A stretch of 64,000 nucleotides of DNA from Trueperaceae bacterium (GTDB lineage: Bacteria; Deinococcota; Deinococci; Deinococcales; Trueperaceae), in the NCBI GenBank assembly GCA_035703635.1, contig DASSXV010000023.1:1-64000 (forward strand), in the 5' to 3' direction. The notes under the pieces were generated by a model. The model ran no database searches and was not told where the DNA came from. It worked only from the letters and a program-made list of their open reading frames with translations. The translations under genes and the position numbers were made by a program. This document shows, in pieces, positions 36,093 to 46,022 of the stretch (position 1 is the first letter of the stretch; each line of letters starts with the position of its first letter).

Positions 36093-37427
36093 ATGCTCGC
36101 CCCCGACTCGTCGACCGTTGAACCTGAAGCACAGAAGGCCGCGGCAGCGCAGCCGCTAAGCACCGCAGGGAGCGCACATGCGCTTGCCGACCCGCTCGTC
36201 CGCGCGCGCTTCGCGCGGCGCATCACGGGCGCGTTGTTCGTCAGCCAGAGCCTAGGGTCGGCGGGCTCCATCGCCGCCGCGACGGTCGCCGCGATCGTCG
36301 GCGCCGAGCTCTCTGGCCGCGACTCGCTCGCTGGCTTGCCAGCCGCCGTCGTGCAGATCGGCGTGGCGGTCGGCGCTTACTTCTGGAGTCGCCTCTCCGA
36401 CCGCATGGGGCGGCGCGGGGCGCTCACCGCGGCGCTCGTGACGGGCGCGGCTGGGGCGACGCTCTCCTTGTTCGGGGTGGCTAGCGGGAACTTCGCGCTA
36501 GTGTTGGTAGCGCTGTTCATCACCGGTTCTGGCAACTCCGCCGTGCAGTTGGGCCGCTTCGTGGCGGCGGAAGTCAACCCGCGCGCCCGCCGCGCCCGCG
36601 CCCTCTCGACCGTCGTGCTAGGCGGCACCGTCGGCAGCGTGCTGGGCCCTGCATTGGTCGGGCCGACAGGCAGACTCGTAACCTCTTGGGGTTGGAGCGA
36701 GATCGCTGGGCCGTACCTCGCGACCGGCGCTGGCTACCTGCTGACGGCCGTACTCCTGTTCCTCGCGCTGAGGCCGGAGCCACGCCTCCTCGGCGAAGTC
36801 ATCGCCCTCGAGGAGGCCGGCACGCGCCCGCTCACGCAGACGAGGACCTTGCGTGAACTCCTGAACGACGCGGCAGTGCGGACCGCGATCAGCAGCGTGG
36901 TGCTCGCGCATATGGTGATGGTCGGCCTCATGCAGATGACGTCGCTGCACATGCACCAGATCGACCACACCCTCGTCAACATCTCGATCGTCTTCTCGAG
37001 CCATACCTTCGGCATGTACGCGTTCTCGACGCTGTCTGGATGGATGAGCGACAAGTGGGGCAGGCGGCCAGTGCTTGGCGTAGGGGCCGTGATACTGCTG
37101 GCGTCCTGCCTGCTGGCTCCCATGTCGCCTGGGCTCGTGCCCGTCGCGTTCGCGCTCTTCTTGCTCGGGTTGGGGTGGAACTTCTGCTACGTCGCCGGCT
37201 CCGCGCTGCTTACCGACGCGCTCACCCCGGCCGAGAAGGGGCGCATGCAGGGCTTCAACGACCTGCTCGTCGGCGGTGCAGCGGCCAGCGCGACGATCAT
37301 CGGCGGCCTCATCATGGCGCGTGCCGGTTACCTCGCTATGGGCTTGGCGGGAGCGGCCGTTACCCTCGCACTGATCGTCGTGGTCGTGCGCTTGCCGCGC
37401 CCAGCGGTTGGCTTGGCGGCAGACTGA
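36093..37427 (+). CDS. MFS transporter
   Basis: 12 TM; motif A 'SRLSDRMGRR' and 'GWMSDKWGRR'. Confidence 0.9.
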   Translation: MLAPDSSTVEPEAQKAAAAQPLSTAGSAHALADPLVRARFARRITGALFVSQSLGSAGSIAAATVAAIVGAELSGRDSLAGLPAAVVQIGVAVGAYFWSRLSDRMGRRGALTAALVTGAAGATLSLFGVASGNFALVLVALFITGSGNSAVQLGRFVAAEVNPRARRARALSTVVLGGTVGSVLGPALVGPTGRLVTSWGWSEIAGPYLATGAGYLLTAVLLFLALRPEPRLLGEVIALEEAGTRPLTQTRTLRELLNDAAVRTAISSVVLAHMVMVGLMQMTSLHMHQIDHTLVNISIVFSSHTFGMYAFSTLSGWMSDKWGRRPVLGVGAVILLASCLLAPMSPGLVPVAFALFLLGLGWNFCYVAGSALLTDALTPAEKGRMQGFNDLLVGGAAASATIIGGLIMARAGYLAMGLAGAAVTLALIVVVVRLPRPAVGLAAD

Positions 37428-37428
37428 C

Positions 37429-38685
37429 ATGCAGGCTGGCGGCGCCCACGTCTTCGACGCCGTGATCGTCGGCGGTGGGGTGGCAGGCTCCGCCGTAGCG
37501 TGCCGCTTGGCGAGCGCGGGCGCCAGCGTGCTGGTGCTGGAGCGCGAGCACCAGTTCGTCGATCGCGTTCGCGGAGACGCCATGTACCCGTGGGGCGTTG
37601 CCGAGGTCGTCAGGCTCGGCTTGGAAGCAGGGCCGCTGGCGGCGGCCAGCCACCTGCTGCCCTACTGGCAGACCCACGTCGCTGGCCTGCCGGAGAGCGC
37701 GGCGCGTGACCTGACCGCTAACGGGGGCCTTGGGGCGAGGGCGTTCTTCCACCCCGAGCTGCAGAGCGCGTTACTTAGCGCCGCCGAGCAGGCCGGGGCG
37801 CAGGTGGTGCGCGGCGCCGCCGTTACCGGCTTCAGCCGCGCGCCGGGGCCGCAAAGGTTGCACCTTGTCGAGGCGCGCGCCAACGGTGCGCCAAGCGATC
37901 ACCTCGCGAGGTTAGTGATCGGCGCAGACGGCCGCTCGTCGCGGGCGCGCGCGTGGGGCGCTTTCTCGGTCAACGCCGACCCGGAGAAACTGATGTTCGC
38001 AGGCGTGCTGCTGGCGGGGGCGAGAGTGAGCTTCACTAAACACGAGAGCGACACGGCTCACGTGTTCTTCGCGCCTAGCACGGGGCTGCTCGCCATGGTC
38101 CTCCCCTTGGATGGGCGCAGGACGCGGGCCTACGTCGGTTATCACCTTGCCAGAGGCAGGCGGCGCTTGAGCGGCGCAGCTGCGTTCCCGGAGTTCAGGC
38201 GACTCAGCGAGGAAGCCGGCGTGCCGCCCGACTGGTACGACGGCGCAGAGGTGGCTGGCCCGCTAGCGCAGTTCTCTGGAGCGGACACGTGGGTCGACGA
38301 GCCGTACTCGAGGGGCGTGGCGCTGGTTGGCGACGCGGCGGCGGCGAGCGACCCGAGCTTCGGGTGCGGCGTGGCGCTGGCACTGCGCGGCGCCAGGCAA
38401 CTGACCGACGAGCTGCTGCGCGTAGGGTCTTTCGAGCAGGGTGCCCTCGACGAGGCGGGCGTGGCCTACGCCGAGCAGGCAAGCGCTGACTTCCTCGCGC
38501 TGCAAAGGCAGATCTCGTGGTTAGCTGACGTGTACAGGGAGCCCGGCACGGCAGCCGACGCCATGCGCGCAGGACTGTGGCCGCTGTACGCGCGCGAGCC
38601 GAGCCGCGTGCCGGACGTAGTGCTCCTCGGGCCAGACGGTCCAAGTGACGAGACAGCCAAGCGCCGCTTCCTGGGGTTGGATTGA
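37429..38685 (+). CDS. FAD-dependent monooxygenase/oxidoreductase
   Basis: GGGVAG Rossmann motif, 'GADGRSS', 'LVGDAA..SDPSFGCG'. ATG lies 1 nt after the MFS stop. Confidence 0.85.
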   Translation: MQAGGAHVFDAVIVGGGVAGSAVACRLASAGASVLVLEREHQFVDRVRGDAMYPWGVAEVVRLGLEAGPLAAASHLLPYWQTHVAGLPESAARDLTANGGLGARAFFHPELQSALLSAAEQAGAQVVRGAAVTGFSRAPGPQRLHLVEARANGAPSDHLARLVIGADGRSSRARAWGAFSVNADPEKLMFAGVLLAGARVSFTKHESDTAHVFFAPSTGLLAMVLPLDGRRTRAYVGYHLARGRRRLSGAAAFPEFRRLSEEAGVPPDWYDGAEVAGPLAQFSGADTWVDEPYSRGVALVGDAAAASDPSFGCGVALALRGARQLTDELLRVGSFEQGALDEAGVAYAEQASADFLALQRQISWLADVYREPGTAADAMRAGLWPLYAREPSRVPDVVLLGPDGPSDETAKRRFLGLD

Positions 38686-38741
38686 GGGCACGTCAAGGTG
38701 GACGCGGCGGGCCGCGCGCACCGCGAAGGAGGTAAGCGAAC

Positions 38742-39410
38742 ATGGCACCTGACTTAGGTTGGTTACACCGTTACGTTCCGGCTGGTGCCGACGCCGAGGC
38801 TGCGGGCGCAGCGGCGGCCAGCGAGCCGCTTCCTGGGGACGTGACGCTACTCCTACTGCACGGCACGGGAGGCGACGAGAACTCGCTCATGGGCGTAGGC
38901 AGGCTGGTTGCGCCGACCGCGAACCTACTGAGCGTGCGCGGCCGCTCCCTCGACGAGGGCTCTCCGCGCTTCTTCCGGCGCTTCAGCGCGACTAGCTACG
39001 ACCAGGAGAACCTCATCTTCGAGGCGCGCGCGCTTGGCGCTTTCGCGCGTAGCGCTGCGGACACCTACGGCATCGACCCCCGCAGGCTCGTCGCGGTTGG
39101 TTACTCCAACGGCGCCAACATCGCGCTCGCGACCTTGGCGTACGACCCCGCCGCGTTCGCTGGCGCCGTGCTGCTCCGGGCGGTCATGGCCCTCGAGGAT
39201 CCACCTGCGGTGGCCCTGAGCGGTAAGCCCATCTTGCTGCTCACAGGCGAACGCGATCCGTACGCGCCGCACGCTCGCGACGTGGCGCCCTACCTCAAGC
39301 GCTCGGGCGCCCGGCTAGAGGAGATCAAGGTGGCGGCGGGCCACGAACTGGTTGAGGAGGACGTTAGACGAGTCAGTGATTGGCTCGCGACGTTCGCACG
39401 CGAACGCTAG
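38742..39410 (+). CDS. Phospholipase/carboxylesterase-type alpha/beta hydrolase (MhqD-like)
   Basis: 'LLHGTGGDE', 'GYSNGANIA', 'GERDP', 'AGHEL'. Confidence 0.88.
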   Translation: MAPDLGWLHRYVPAGADAEAAGAAAASEPLPGDVTLLLLHGTGGDENSLMGVGRLVAPTANLLSVRGRSLDEGSPRFFRRFSATSYDQENLIFEARALGAFARSAADTYGIDPRRLVAVGYSNGANIALATLAYDPAAFAGAVLLRAVMALEDPPAVALSGKPILLLTGERDPYAPHARDVAPYLKRSGARLEEIKVAAGHELVEEDVRRVSDWLATFARER

Positions 39411-39426
39411 TTGGGACTCCGTGGAA

Positions 39427-39459
39427 CGGCGGACCGGGCAACAACGCACCGGTCCGCCG
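39427..39459. terminator. Hairpin between convergent genes
   Basis: CGGCGGACCGG/CCGGTCCGCCG 11-bp stem. Confidence 0.6.
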
Positions 39460-39481
39460 CCGCGGCCGTAACGTGCAGGCG

Positions 39482-39724
39482 CTAACGCCTGATGGCGCGC
39501 AGGATCACGAGCAGGATGACGGCGCCAACGATCGCGACCAGGAGACTGTAGAAGTTGAACCCGGTCACGCCAGCACTGCCGAACTGGTTGAACAGCCAAC
39601 CGCCAAGGAAGGCGCCGATGATGCCAACGATGATGTTGGTGAGGAGGCCGCCGCCACCCCCGGTAAGGGCTCCAGCGACCCACCCGGCCAACGCTCCCAG
39701 GACGATCCACAACAGGATGCTCAT
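39482..39724 (-). CDS. GlsB/YeaQ/YmgE family (transglycosylase-associated) membrane protein
   Basis: 'ILLWIVLGALAGWVA...NIIVGIIGAFLGGWLF...VAIVGAVILL'. Confidence 0.92.
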   Translation of the reverse strand: MSILLWIVLGALAGWVAGALTGGGGGLLTNIIVGIIGAFLGGWLFNQFGSAGVTGFNFYSLLVAIVGAVILLVILRAIRR

Positions 39725-39838
39725 GACGAAGCTCCCTTCCTGAAGCGCCCGGAGTAGCTACTCGGGCGTGAAGCAACGCTAGCACTGGGAATCGAGCATT
39801 CGTGGTGCACCTGCCGAGTTGGCCGTCTCAGAACCGTG

Positions 39839-40693
39839 TCAGCGTTGGCGCGGGTCGAGCAGGTCGCGTAGCCCGTCGCCTAGGAAGTTGAAGGCGAGCA
39901 CCACGAAGATGATGGCCAAGCCGGGCAGGGCAGCTACCCACCAGCCATCGAGGAGGTAGGCCCTGCCGCTCGCGATGATCGCCCCCCACGAGGTGGCTGG
40001 TGGAGGGACGCCAAGGCCGAGGAAAGAGAGGGCTGACTCGATCAGCAGTAGCTGCGAGAGCTGGAAGGTCGTGAACACGATCATGGACGAGACCGTGTTG
40101 GGCGCGATGTGGCGCAAGATGAGGCCCGCGTCCGGTGTGCCGAGCGCACGAGACGCCGCCACGAAATCTAGGTCGCGCAACCCGAGCACCGCAGCGCGCA
40201 TCAGGCGCGCGTAAGCTGGCCATACCGCGAGGGCGAGAGTGCCGACCAGCACCCACAGGCCCTGCCCGAGCAGGCCGACCACCGCGATCATTAGGAGCAT
40301 GGTCGGGAAGGCCAACTGCACGTCGATCAGGCGCGAGATGACCTCGTCTACCCAGCCGCGGTAGAAGCCAGCGAGCAACCCGAGCGCCGAACCGAGCACG
40401 GCGGCTGCGACCGCTGATAGGAGCACGGTGACGAACGTGGCTCTGGCGCCGCGCATGACGCGCGCCAGCACGTCCCGACCTAGGTTGTCCGTGCCGAGGA
40501 GGTGCTCGGGAGTGCCGCCACTCACCCACGTTGGGGGCTGGAGCCTGGCGCGGAGGTTCTGCCGTGTGGGGTCGTGAGGCAACACCTGGTTCGGTAGCAC
40601 GGCCGTGACCGCGAAGGCGATGAGAATCAGGATCGAGAAGAAGTTCTTGGGATCGACCAAGAACCTGCGGAGGCGCCGCGGCCGCTCAGCCAT
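39839..40693 (-). CDS. Peptide/nickel ABC permease (DppC-like)
   Basis: 'HLLGTDNLGRD', 'GDGLRDLLDPR'. ATG at 40693 overlaps the upstream gene end. Confidence 0.9.
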   Translation of the reverse strand: MAERPRRLRRFLVDPKNFFSILILIAFAVTAVLPNQVLPHDPTRQNLRARLQPPTWVSGGTPEHLLGTDNLGRDVLARVMRGARATFVTVLLSAVAAAVLGSALGLLAGFYRGWVDEVISRLIDVQLAFPTMLLMIAVVGLLGQGLWVLVGTLALAVWPAYARLMRAAVLGLRDLDFVAASRALGTPDAGLILRHIAPNTVSSMIVFTTFQLSQLLLIESALSFLGLGVPPPATSWGAIIASGRAYLLDGWWVAALPGLAIIFVVLAFNFLGDGLRDLLDPRQR

Positions 40694-41609
40694 AGTTGAT
40701 CCTCGGGTCGATGAACACGTACGCAAGGTCGACGAGTAGGTTGACCGCGACGAAGATGGTGGCGCTAAGGATGACCACCGTTTGAACGACTGGAAAGTCG
40801 CGCGCGTAGATCGCGTCTATCGCTAGGCGGCCGATGCCGGGCCAGGTGAACACCGTCTCGGCCACCACGGCCCCGCTGAACAGGCCGCCGACCTGCAATC
40901 CTATGAGCGTGATGATGGGGATGAGGGCCGCACGCATGACGTGCTTGAGCAAGATGCGGCGCTCCGGGAGGCCTTTGGCCCTGGCTGTGCGCACGAAGTC
41001 GAGGTGCATGGTCTCGAGGAACGAGGAGCGCGTCATGCGCGCGGTGAGCGCCACATAGTAGCTGGCGAGCACGGCCGTCGGCATGATGAGCTGCTGCCAC
41101 GTGCCGCGGCCTCCCGTTGGGAGCAGGCCGAGCTGCAGGGAGAGAAACAGCATGAGCATGAGGCCGAGATAGAAGCCGGGCACGGCCTGGCCGAATAGGG
41201 CGCCCCACATGATGAGGGTGTCGAGGAGTTTCCCATGCTGGGCAGCTGCCAGCACGCCTAACCCGATGCCGAACACGACCGTGAGCAGCACTGCGCCGAT
41301 GACTAGTTCGACCGTGGCGGGCAGGCGGTCTAGGTACATCCGGAGGGCCGGCTCGCCGTAACGCAGCGAGGTGCCGAACTTGCCTTGCGCCGTCTCCACT
41401 AGGAAACGCCCGTACTGCACTACGAGCGGTGCGTCGAGGCCCAGCTCTACCCTCAACGCTTCGCGCGCTTCGATGGGCGTGCCTATCGGCATCAGTTGGT
41501 CGATCGGGTCGCCAGAGATGCGTGCAAGGAAGAACGTTGCCGTGGCAACACCGAGCAGTATCAGCACGGTGTTGCCAAGGCGACGGATCAGGTAAGAACC
41601 TAGCTGCAC
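40686..41609 (-). CDS. Peptide/nickel ABC permease (DppB-like)
   Basis: 'DFVRTARAKGL', 'ETVFTWPGIG', 'DPRI'. Confidence 0.92.
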   Translation of the reverse strand: MQLGSYLIRRLGNTVLILLGVATATFFLARISGDPIDQLMPIGTPIEAREALRVELGLDAPLVVQYGRFLVETAQGKFGTSLRYGEPALRMYLDRLPATVELVIGAVLLTVVFGIGLGVLAAAQHGKLLDTLIMWGALFGQAVPGFYLGLMLMLFLSLQLGLLPTGGRGTWQQLIMPTAVLASYYVALTARMTRSSFLETMHLDFVRTARAKGLPERRILLKHVMRAALIPIITLIGLQVGGLFSGAVVAETVFTWPGIGRLAIDAIYARDFPVVQTVVILSATIFVAVNLLVDLAYVFIDPRINYG

Positions 41610-41643
41610 GGTCGTCGATCCCGTACTGAGGGGCGTGATCCGC

Positions 41644-43128
41644 TCAGTCTAGGGTTACCTTCTCGAGGAAGAGGAGGTTATCGGGGCTCGGCGCGAAGCC
41701 GCTAACGCGGTCGGAGACGCCGTAGACTTCCTCGAGGGAGAAGAGGAAGAGCGCGACGGGGTCATCGCAGGCGATGGCGGCTGCCTCGTTGAGGAGGCTA
41801 AGGCGCTTGGCTGGGTCGATGGCGCGTGACGCCTCATGCACTACCTCGTCGAAGGCCGGGTTGCGGTAGTAGGAGTACGGGGCGTCTTGCAGGAAGATGT
41901 TGTGGCCATAGGTCGTGTCAGGCGCGGTGGCGATGCCCAAGGTGGCCACGTTGCGCAGCTCGAACGCGCTCAGTTGCCTCAAGAACTCGCCGCCTTCTAG
42001 GACGATGTGGTTCGCGGTGATGCCAACGTCTTGCAGCATGGCCGCGATGGCCTCTGACAACTCAGCGTCGCCCGAAGACGTGCGGTACTTCAGGTCGACG
42101 GTCAGGCCGTTAGGGAAGCCAGCCTCAGCGAGGAGGGCGCGGGCCTTGGCCGGGTCGAACGGGTAGGGCCTGAGGTCGGGGTTGTAACCGAAGAACTGCG
42201 GCGTGCCCAACTGGCAGTTGGAGAGCGTGCCGTGACCGTAGTAGAGGGCGTCAAGGAGAGCCTCTTTGTCGACGGCGTAGTTGATGGCCTGGCGGACGCG
42301 CGGGTCAGCGATGGGGCTGTCAGGGAGGCCGTCGAGCAGGGCGAGCTTAGCGGTGAAGCCCGTCACGGAGTCAACGTGGACATTCGCGGCGTTCTCGACG
42401 CGGTCGTACTGAGAGGCGGGCACGTTGGTCGCGATGTCGATCTCGCCAGCGAGCAGCGCAGCGATACGCGAGGTGTCCTCGGGGATCGGGCGGAACTCGA
42501 GCTTCTCGACGGCGGGCGCGCCGCCCCAGTACGCGTCGTTCCTGACGAGCGTGATGCTCTGACCGGCGATGCGCGAGTCGAACTTGAAGGCGCCAGTGCC
42601 GATCGGGTGCGCAGCGAACCCGTCTGGGCCGACTTGCTGGTAGTAGGCGGGCGGCACGACGTGGCCGTTGAGGGCGAGCGACAGCACGAGAAGCGGGAAC
42701 GGCTCCTTCGTGTGGATCCTGACCGTATGGTCGTCGAGGACGTCGACGGTCGCCACGGCACCGAGGGCGACCACTTGGGTTGGTTCGACGGCCAGGGTCT
42801 CGAGAGAGAACTTCACTGCGGCGGCGTCCATGGGTTCGCCGTTCGTGAAGGAGATGCCTTCCTTGAGGCTCACATCGACGGTGAGGTCATCAACGCGCGT
42901 CCAACCGGAGGCCAGATGCGGGACCGGTTCGCCGGTCTGGCCGTCCAAGCGGAAGAGGCTCTCGACGATCTGCGTCGCAGTTCGTAGGTTGGCGGCCGAA
43001 GTGGTGCGGATGGGGTTCATCTGCGCCACGTCCTGGTAGATGCCGATGACCAACGTATTGCCGGCAGCCAGAGCGAAGCTGGTAAGCAGGGTAAGCACGG
43101 CGAGGGTGAACTTGATGACGGCTTTCAT
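41644..43128 (-). CDS. Family-5 ABC substrate-binding protein
   Basis: AGGAGG RBS, signal peptide, 'FTNGEPMDAAAVKFS', 'PIGTGAF'. Confidence 0.9.
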   Translation of the reverse strand: MKAVIKFTLAVLTLLTSFALAAGNTLVIGIYQDVAQMNPIRTTSAANLRTATQIVESLFRLDGQTGEPVPHLASGWTRVDDLTVDVSLKEGISFTNGEPMDAAAVKFSLETLAVEPTQVVALGAVATVDVLDDHTVRIHTKEPFPLLVLSLALNGHVVPPAYYQQVGPDGFAAHPIGTGAFKFDSRIAGQSITLVRNDAYWGGAPAVEKLEFRPIPEDTSRIAALLAGEIDIATNVPASQYDRVENAANVHVDSVTGFTAKLALLDGLPDSPIADPRVRQAINYAVDKEALLDALYYGHGTLSNCQLGTPQFFGYNPDLRPYPFDPAKARALLAEAGFPNGLTVDLKYRTSSGDAELSEAIAAMLQDVGITANHIVLEGGEFLRQLSAFELRNVATLGIATAPDTTYGHNIFLQDAPYSYYRNPAFDEVVHEASRAIDPAKRLSLLNEAAAIACDDPVALFLFSLEEVYGVSDRVSGFAPSPDNLLFLEKVTLD

Positions 43129-43214
43129 GCGACTACCTCCTGGGGTGGGTAGGTGGCCAAAGCGCGCTGCGGCGCCAAGGGCGAGAGGGTGACGCACATG
43201 TTGGCGGCGCGCCG

Positions 43215-44069
43215 TCACAGGCGAGCGAGGTCCACTTCGGCGGCCATGTACGCGAAACAGTGGCGGTTGCCGCGCTCGACGATCTCTGAGAGGAGCGCGC
43301 GCGCCTCCGCATGCTGGCCGCCGTAGAGGTACCAGTTGGCCACTCCGTAGCCCTGCGTGGCGAAAGCTAGCGGGTCCTCGGAGTGGCGTGCCAGCAGGTC
43401 GCTCGGCGAGAGGGTGCCGCGGTACATGCGGAGCCGTTGGAGGTAGAAGTCCTCACCGGGGTTCACGGACACGGACTCGGTGTCGAAGGCCGCGATGGCT
43501 GCTTCCGCCTCTTCTCGCTTGCCGAGGCGCCGCAGGCACATGTAGCTCCAGTCGGCGTTCGCGACCTTCATGTCGTCGTCAATGCTCAGCGAGTCGCCGC
43601 GCCGGAAGTTGGCTAGCGCCTCCGCGAAGTTCCCTTGCAGGTAGTGGGCGATGGCGAGGTGGTAGTAGATGCTCACTTGAAGGGTGCTCTTGTAAGAGCC
43701 CTTGGTAGCGGCGATCGTCTCCGGAGTCACCGGGAGCTGCTGTGACGGAACGTCGGCTTCGCCGCCGAGTATCAGCGCGAATATGTCCGCCTCGGTTTCA
43801 GGCTGGAAGAACTCGTGGACGTCCGGTTGACCCGACGTCAGTTGCGCGGCGCGCTCGAGGTCCGAGACGGCCTGAGGGAAGTTGCGCAGGGTGATGTGAC
43901 GGTGGCCGCGGTGGCGCAGGAGCCGCGGCTCGTCTGGGTTGCGCTCGAGCCCGGTCGTGAACAGGGCGACGGCCTCGGCTGGCTTGCCCAAGTAGTTCTT
44001 CAGCCGGCCAGCTAGTATGTAGCGATCTGCGTCGGTGAGCAAACGATCCTCCGAGTGACGAGCTTCCAA
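43215..44069 (-). CDS. Cytoplasmic TPR protein (paralogue 2)
   Basis: 'RHRGHRHIT', 'YYHLAIAHYLQG', 'DDDMKVANADW', 'ATQGYGVANWY', 'AAEVDLAR'. Confidence 0.75.
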   Translation of the reverse strand: MEARHSEDRLLTDADRYILAGRLKNYLGKPAEAVALFTTGLERNPDEPRLLRHRGHRHITLRNFPQAVSDLERAAQLTSGQPDVHEFFQPETEADIFALILGGEADVPSQQLPVTPETIAATKGSYKSTLQVSIYYHLAIAHYLQGNFAEALANFRRGDSLSIDDDMKVANADWSYMCLRRLGKREEAEAAIAAFDTESVSVNPGEDFYLQRLRMYRGTLSPSDLLARHSEDPLAFATQGYGVANWYLYGGQHAEARALLSEIVERGNRHCFAYMAAEVDLARL

Positions 44070-44154
44070 AGCGTTGAGTTCAGTGCTTGCCTACCCGCAC
44101 AGCATCAGGGGGAGGCGCTGGTCAATAGGGCTTCATCACTTGCAGTTGGAGGGG

Positions 44155-44979
44155 TCAAGCACCCATCCGCGCCAAGTCGACTTCGGCTGCGATGGTGCCG
44201 AACGCAGCGCGGTGCCCGACGGCGAGGATGCGCTCGAACACGGCGCGAGCCTCATCGTGCCTGCCGTTGTAGTAGTACCAGTTGCCAACGCCGTAACCCT
44301 GGGTGGCGAGGGTCTTCTTGTCGCCGTCCGTTGGTGAGAGCACGGTCTCCGGACTCGTCACGCCCTTGTACATCTCCATGCGGCGGTAGTAGGACGGCTC
44401 GTTGATGTGCATGGCGAGGTCCGTTGCGGCGAGCAGCTCGGCGGCTTCGTCGTGGCGTCCAGCGCGCCGCAAGCTCATGTAGAGCCAGTCGGTGGTGGCC
44501 ACCGTCATGTCGTCGTCGACGCACAGCTCGAGGGTCTTGCGGTACTTGTCTGCGGCCTCGTCGTACTCGCCGCGCAGGTAATGAGCAAGACCGTAGTGGT
44601 ACCAGGCGCTCGACTGCAGCGTGCCCTTGTAGACGTCGCGTAGGCGTTCGAGGTTCGCGGCGTTGATCGCGGTCGTCTCAGCGAGGAGCTCGCTTTCTTG
44701 GCCGAGCATCAGGCGCTCGACTTCTGGCATCAGTTCGGCCTGGTAGTACTCGATCTCGTCTGGTTGGCCGGCGAGCAGCGCTACTGAGGTCCGGAAGTCG
44801 TCGACGGCGCCAGCGAAGTCGCGGATGGACACCTTGAAGTGGCCCCGGTGGCGGTAAAGCAGGCCGGAGTCCGGGTGGCGGGCGATACCGTCACTTAGGA
44901 CGCGAACGGCGTCTGGGTGGCGATCCTGGTACGAGTACACCTTGGCGACGAGCATGTAGCGCTGTGGTTCGGTGATCAT
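44155..44979 (-). CDS. Cytoplasmic TPR protein (paralogue 1)
   Basis: 'RHRGHFKVS', 'WYHYGLAHYLRG', 'DDDMTVATTDW', 'ATQGYGVGNWY', 'AAEVDLAR'. Confidence 0.78.
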   Translation of the reverse strand: MITEPQRYMLVAKVYSYQDRHPDAVRVLSDGIARHPDSGLLYRHRGHFKVSIRDFAGAVDDFRTSVALLAGQPDEIEYYQAELMPEVERLMLGQESELLAETTAINAANLERLRDVYKGTLQSSAWYHYGLAHYLRGEYDEAADKYRKTLELCVDDDMTVATTDWLYMSLRRAGRHDEAAELLAATDLAMHINEPSYYRRMEMYKGVTSPETVLSPTDGDKKTLATQGYGVGNWYYYNGRHDEARAVFERILAVGHRAAFGTIAAEVDLARMGA

Positions 44980-45983
44980 GGGTTCTGGTCTCCTTGAGCA
45001 GGGGCGCCGAGGCGCGAGTGGTCGAGCATGGCGCTGAGCTGGTGTGCCGCTTCGTCGCTGAGGCTGAACTCCAGCTCCAGCCTCTTGTCGAGCGGCACGG
45101 CGTGCTCGTCGAGTAGCGCGGTGACGCCGAACGTGTAGATGTGCGTGGACTCCGCCTCGCGCGCGAACTGCTCGTGACTTGATTGCTCGGTTAGCACGGG
45201 GAGTTCGCGCACCGCAAGCGGGCTGTACTGCGCGAGAAGGGTGAGGGCGCTGCCCACGTTGCGGGCTTCCGTGACGAGGACGTGCCGCGCTCGCGGGGCA
45301 AGCGCCTTGAGCTTCCGCTTGGCGGCCTCGGTCAGTTGCGCTGTCAGGCCGATGATGTCGCTGCGAATGGCGTGGCGCCTTAGGGCAGCATCGACGCGGG
45401 GCACCATGCCGCCGAACGTGATCGTGAAGTAGGCGGCGCGGTATGCATCGAGCGTGGCGGGGTCGCCTGCCTCGAGGAGGTCGATCGCCGTGGCGTGGAC
45501 CGCTGGCACGACGCTGCTCGGCAACTGCTGCTTGACGAGACCGAGGTACTTCTCGGACGCCGCCATGGTCGGCATGACCAATACGAGCGGCACATGCCGA
45601 AGCTGCCTTTGCAAGTTGGTCGAGAGTTGTTGCCTGATGGTGGTGGCGTCGAAACCGAGCGCGTACGCGCGGGTGATGAGCCCCTCGAGCGCCTCGGTGA
45701 GGAGCGCCTGGCGCAGATCGGTGCGCGTCGACTCGGTCGCCAGTCGCGCCACGAACGTGCCCTTGCCGCGCTGTCCTTCCACTAGACCGTCGTGTTGCAG
45801 CGTGCGATATGCGAGCGCGACCGTGCCTGAGTTGATGCCCAACTGGGCGGCAAGGTCACGCACGGGCGGCAACTGAGCTCCCGCTACCAGTTCGCGGCCG
45901 GTGATCAAGTAACGGATCTGATGCACCAGTTGGAGGTAGATCGGAATGTGCTCGTCGTCGGTTAGTAGGAGCGGCAATGGCAT
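44976..45983 (-). CDS. GntR family regulator with a large atypical C-terminal domain
   Basis: 'PIYLQLVHQI...QLPPVRDLAAQLGINSGTVALAYRTL...GQRGKGTFV'. Confidence 0.88.
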   Translation of the reverse strand: MPLPLLLTDDEHIPIYLQLVHQIRYLITGRELVAGAQLPPVRDLAAQLGINSGTVALAYRTLQHDGLVEGQRGKGTFVARLATESTRTDLRQALLTEALEGLITRAYALGFDATTIRQQLSTNLQRQLRHVPLVLVMPTMAASEKYLGLVKQQLPSSVVPAVHATAIDLLEAGDPATLDAYRAAYFTITFGGMVPRVDAALRRHAIRSDIIGLTAQLTEAAKRKLKALAPRARHVLVTEARNVGSALTLLAQYSPLAVRELPVLTEQSSHEQFAREAESTHIYTFGVTALLDEHAVPLDKRLELEFSLSDEAAHQLSAMLDHSRLGAPAQGDQNP

Positions 45984-46022
45984 GTTCTAGCCCTAATGCG
46001 GGTCGTGGGCCCGCTGCGAGGG

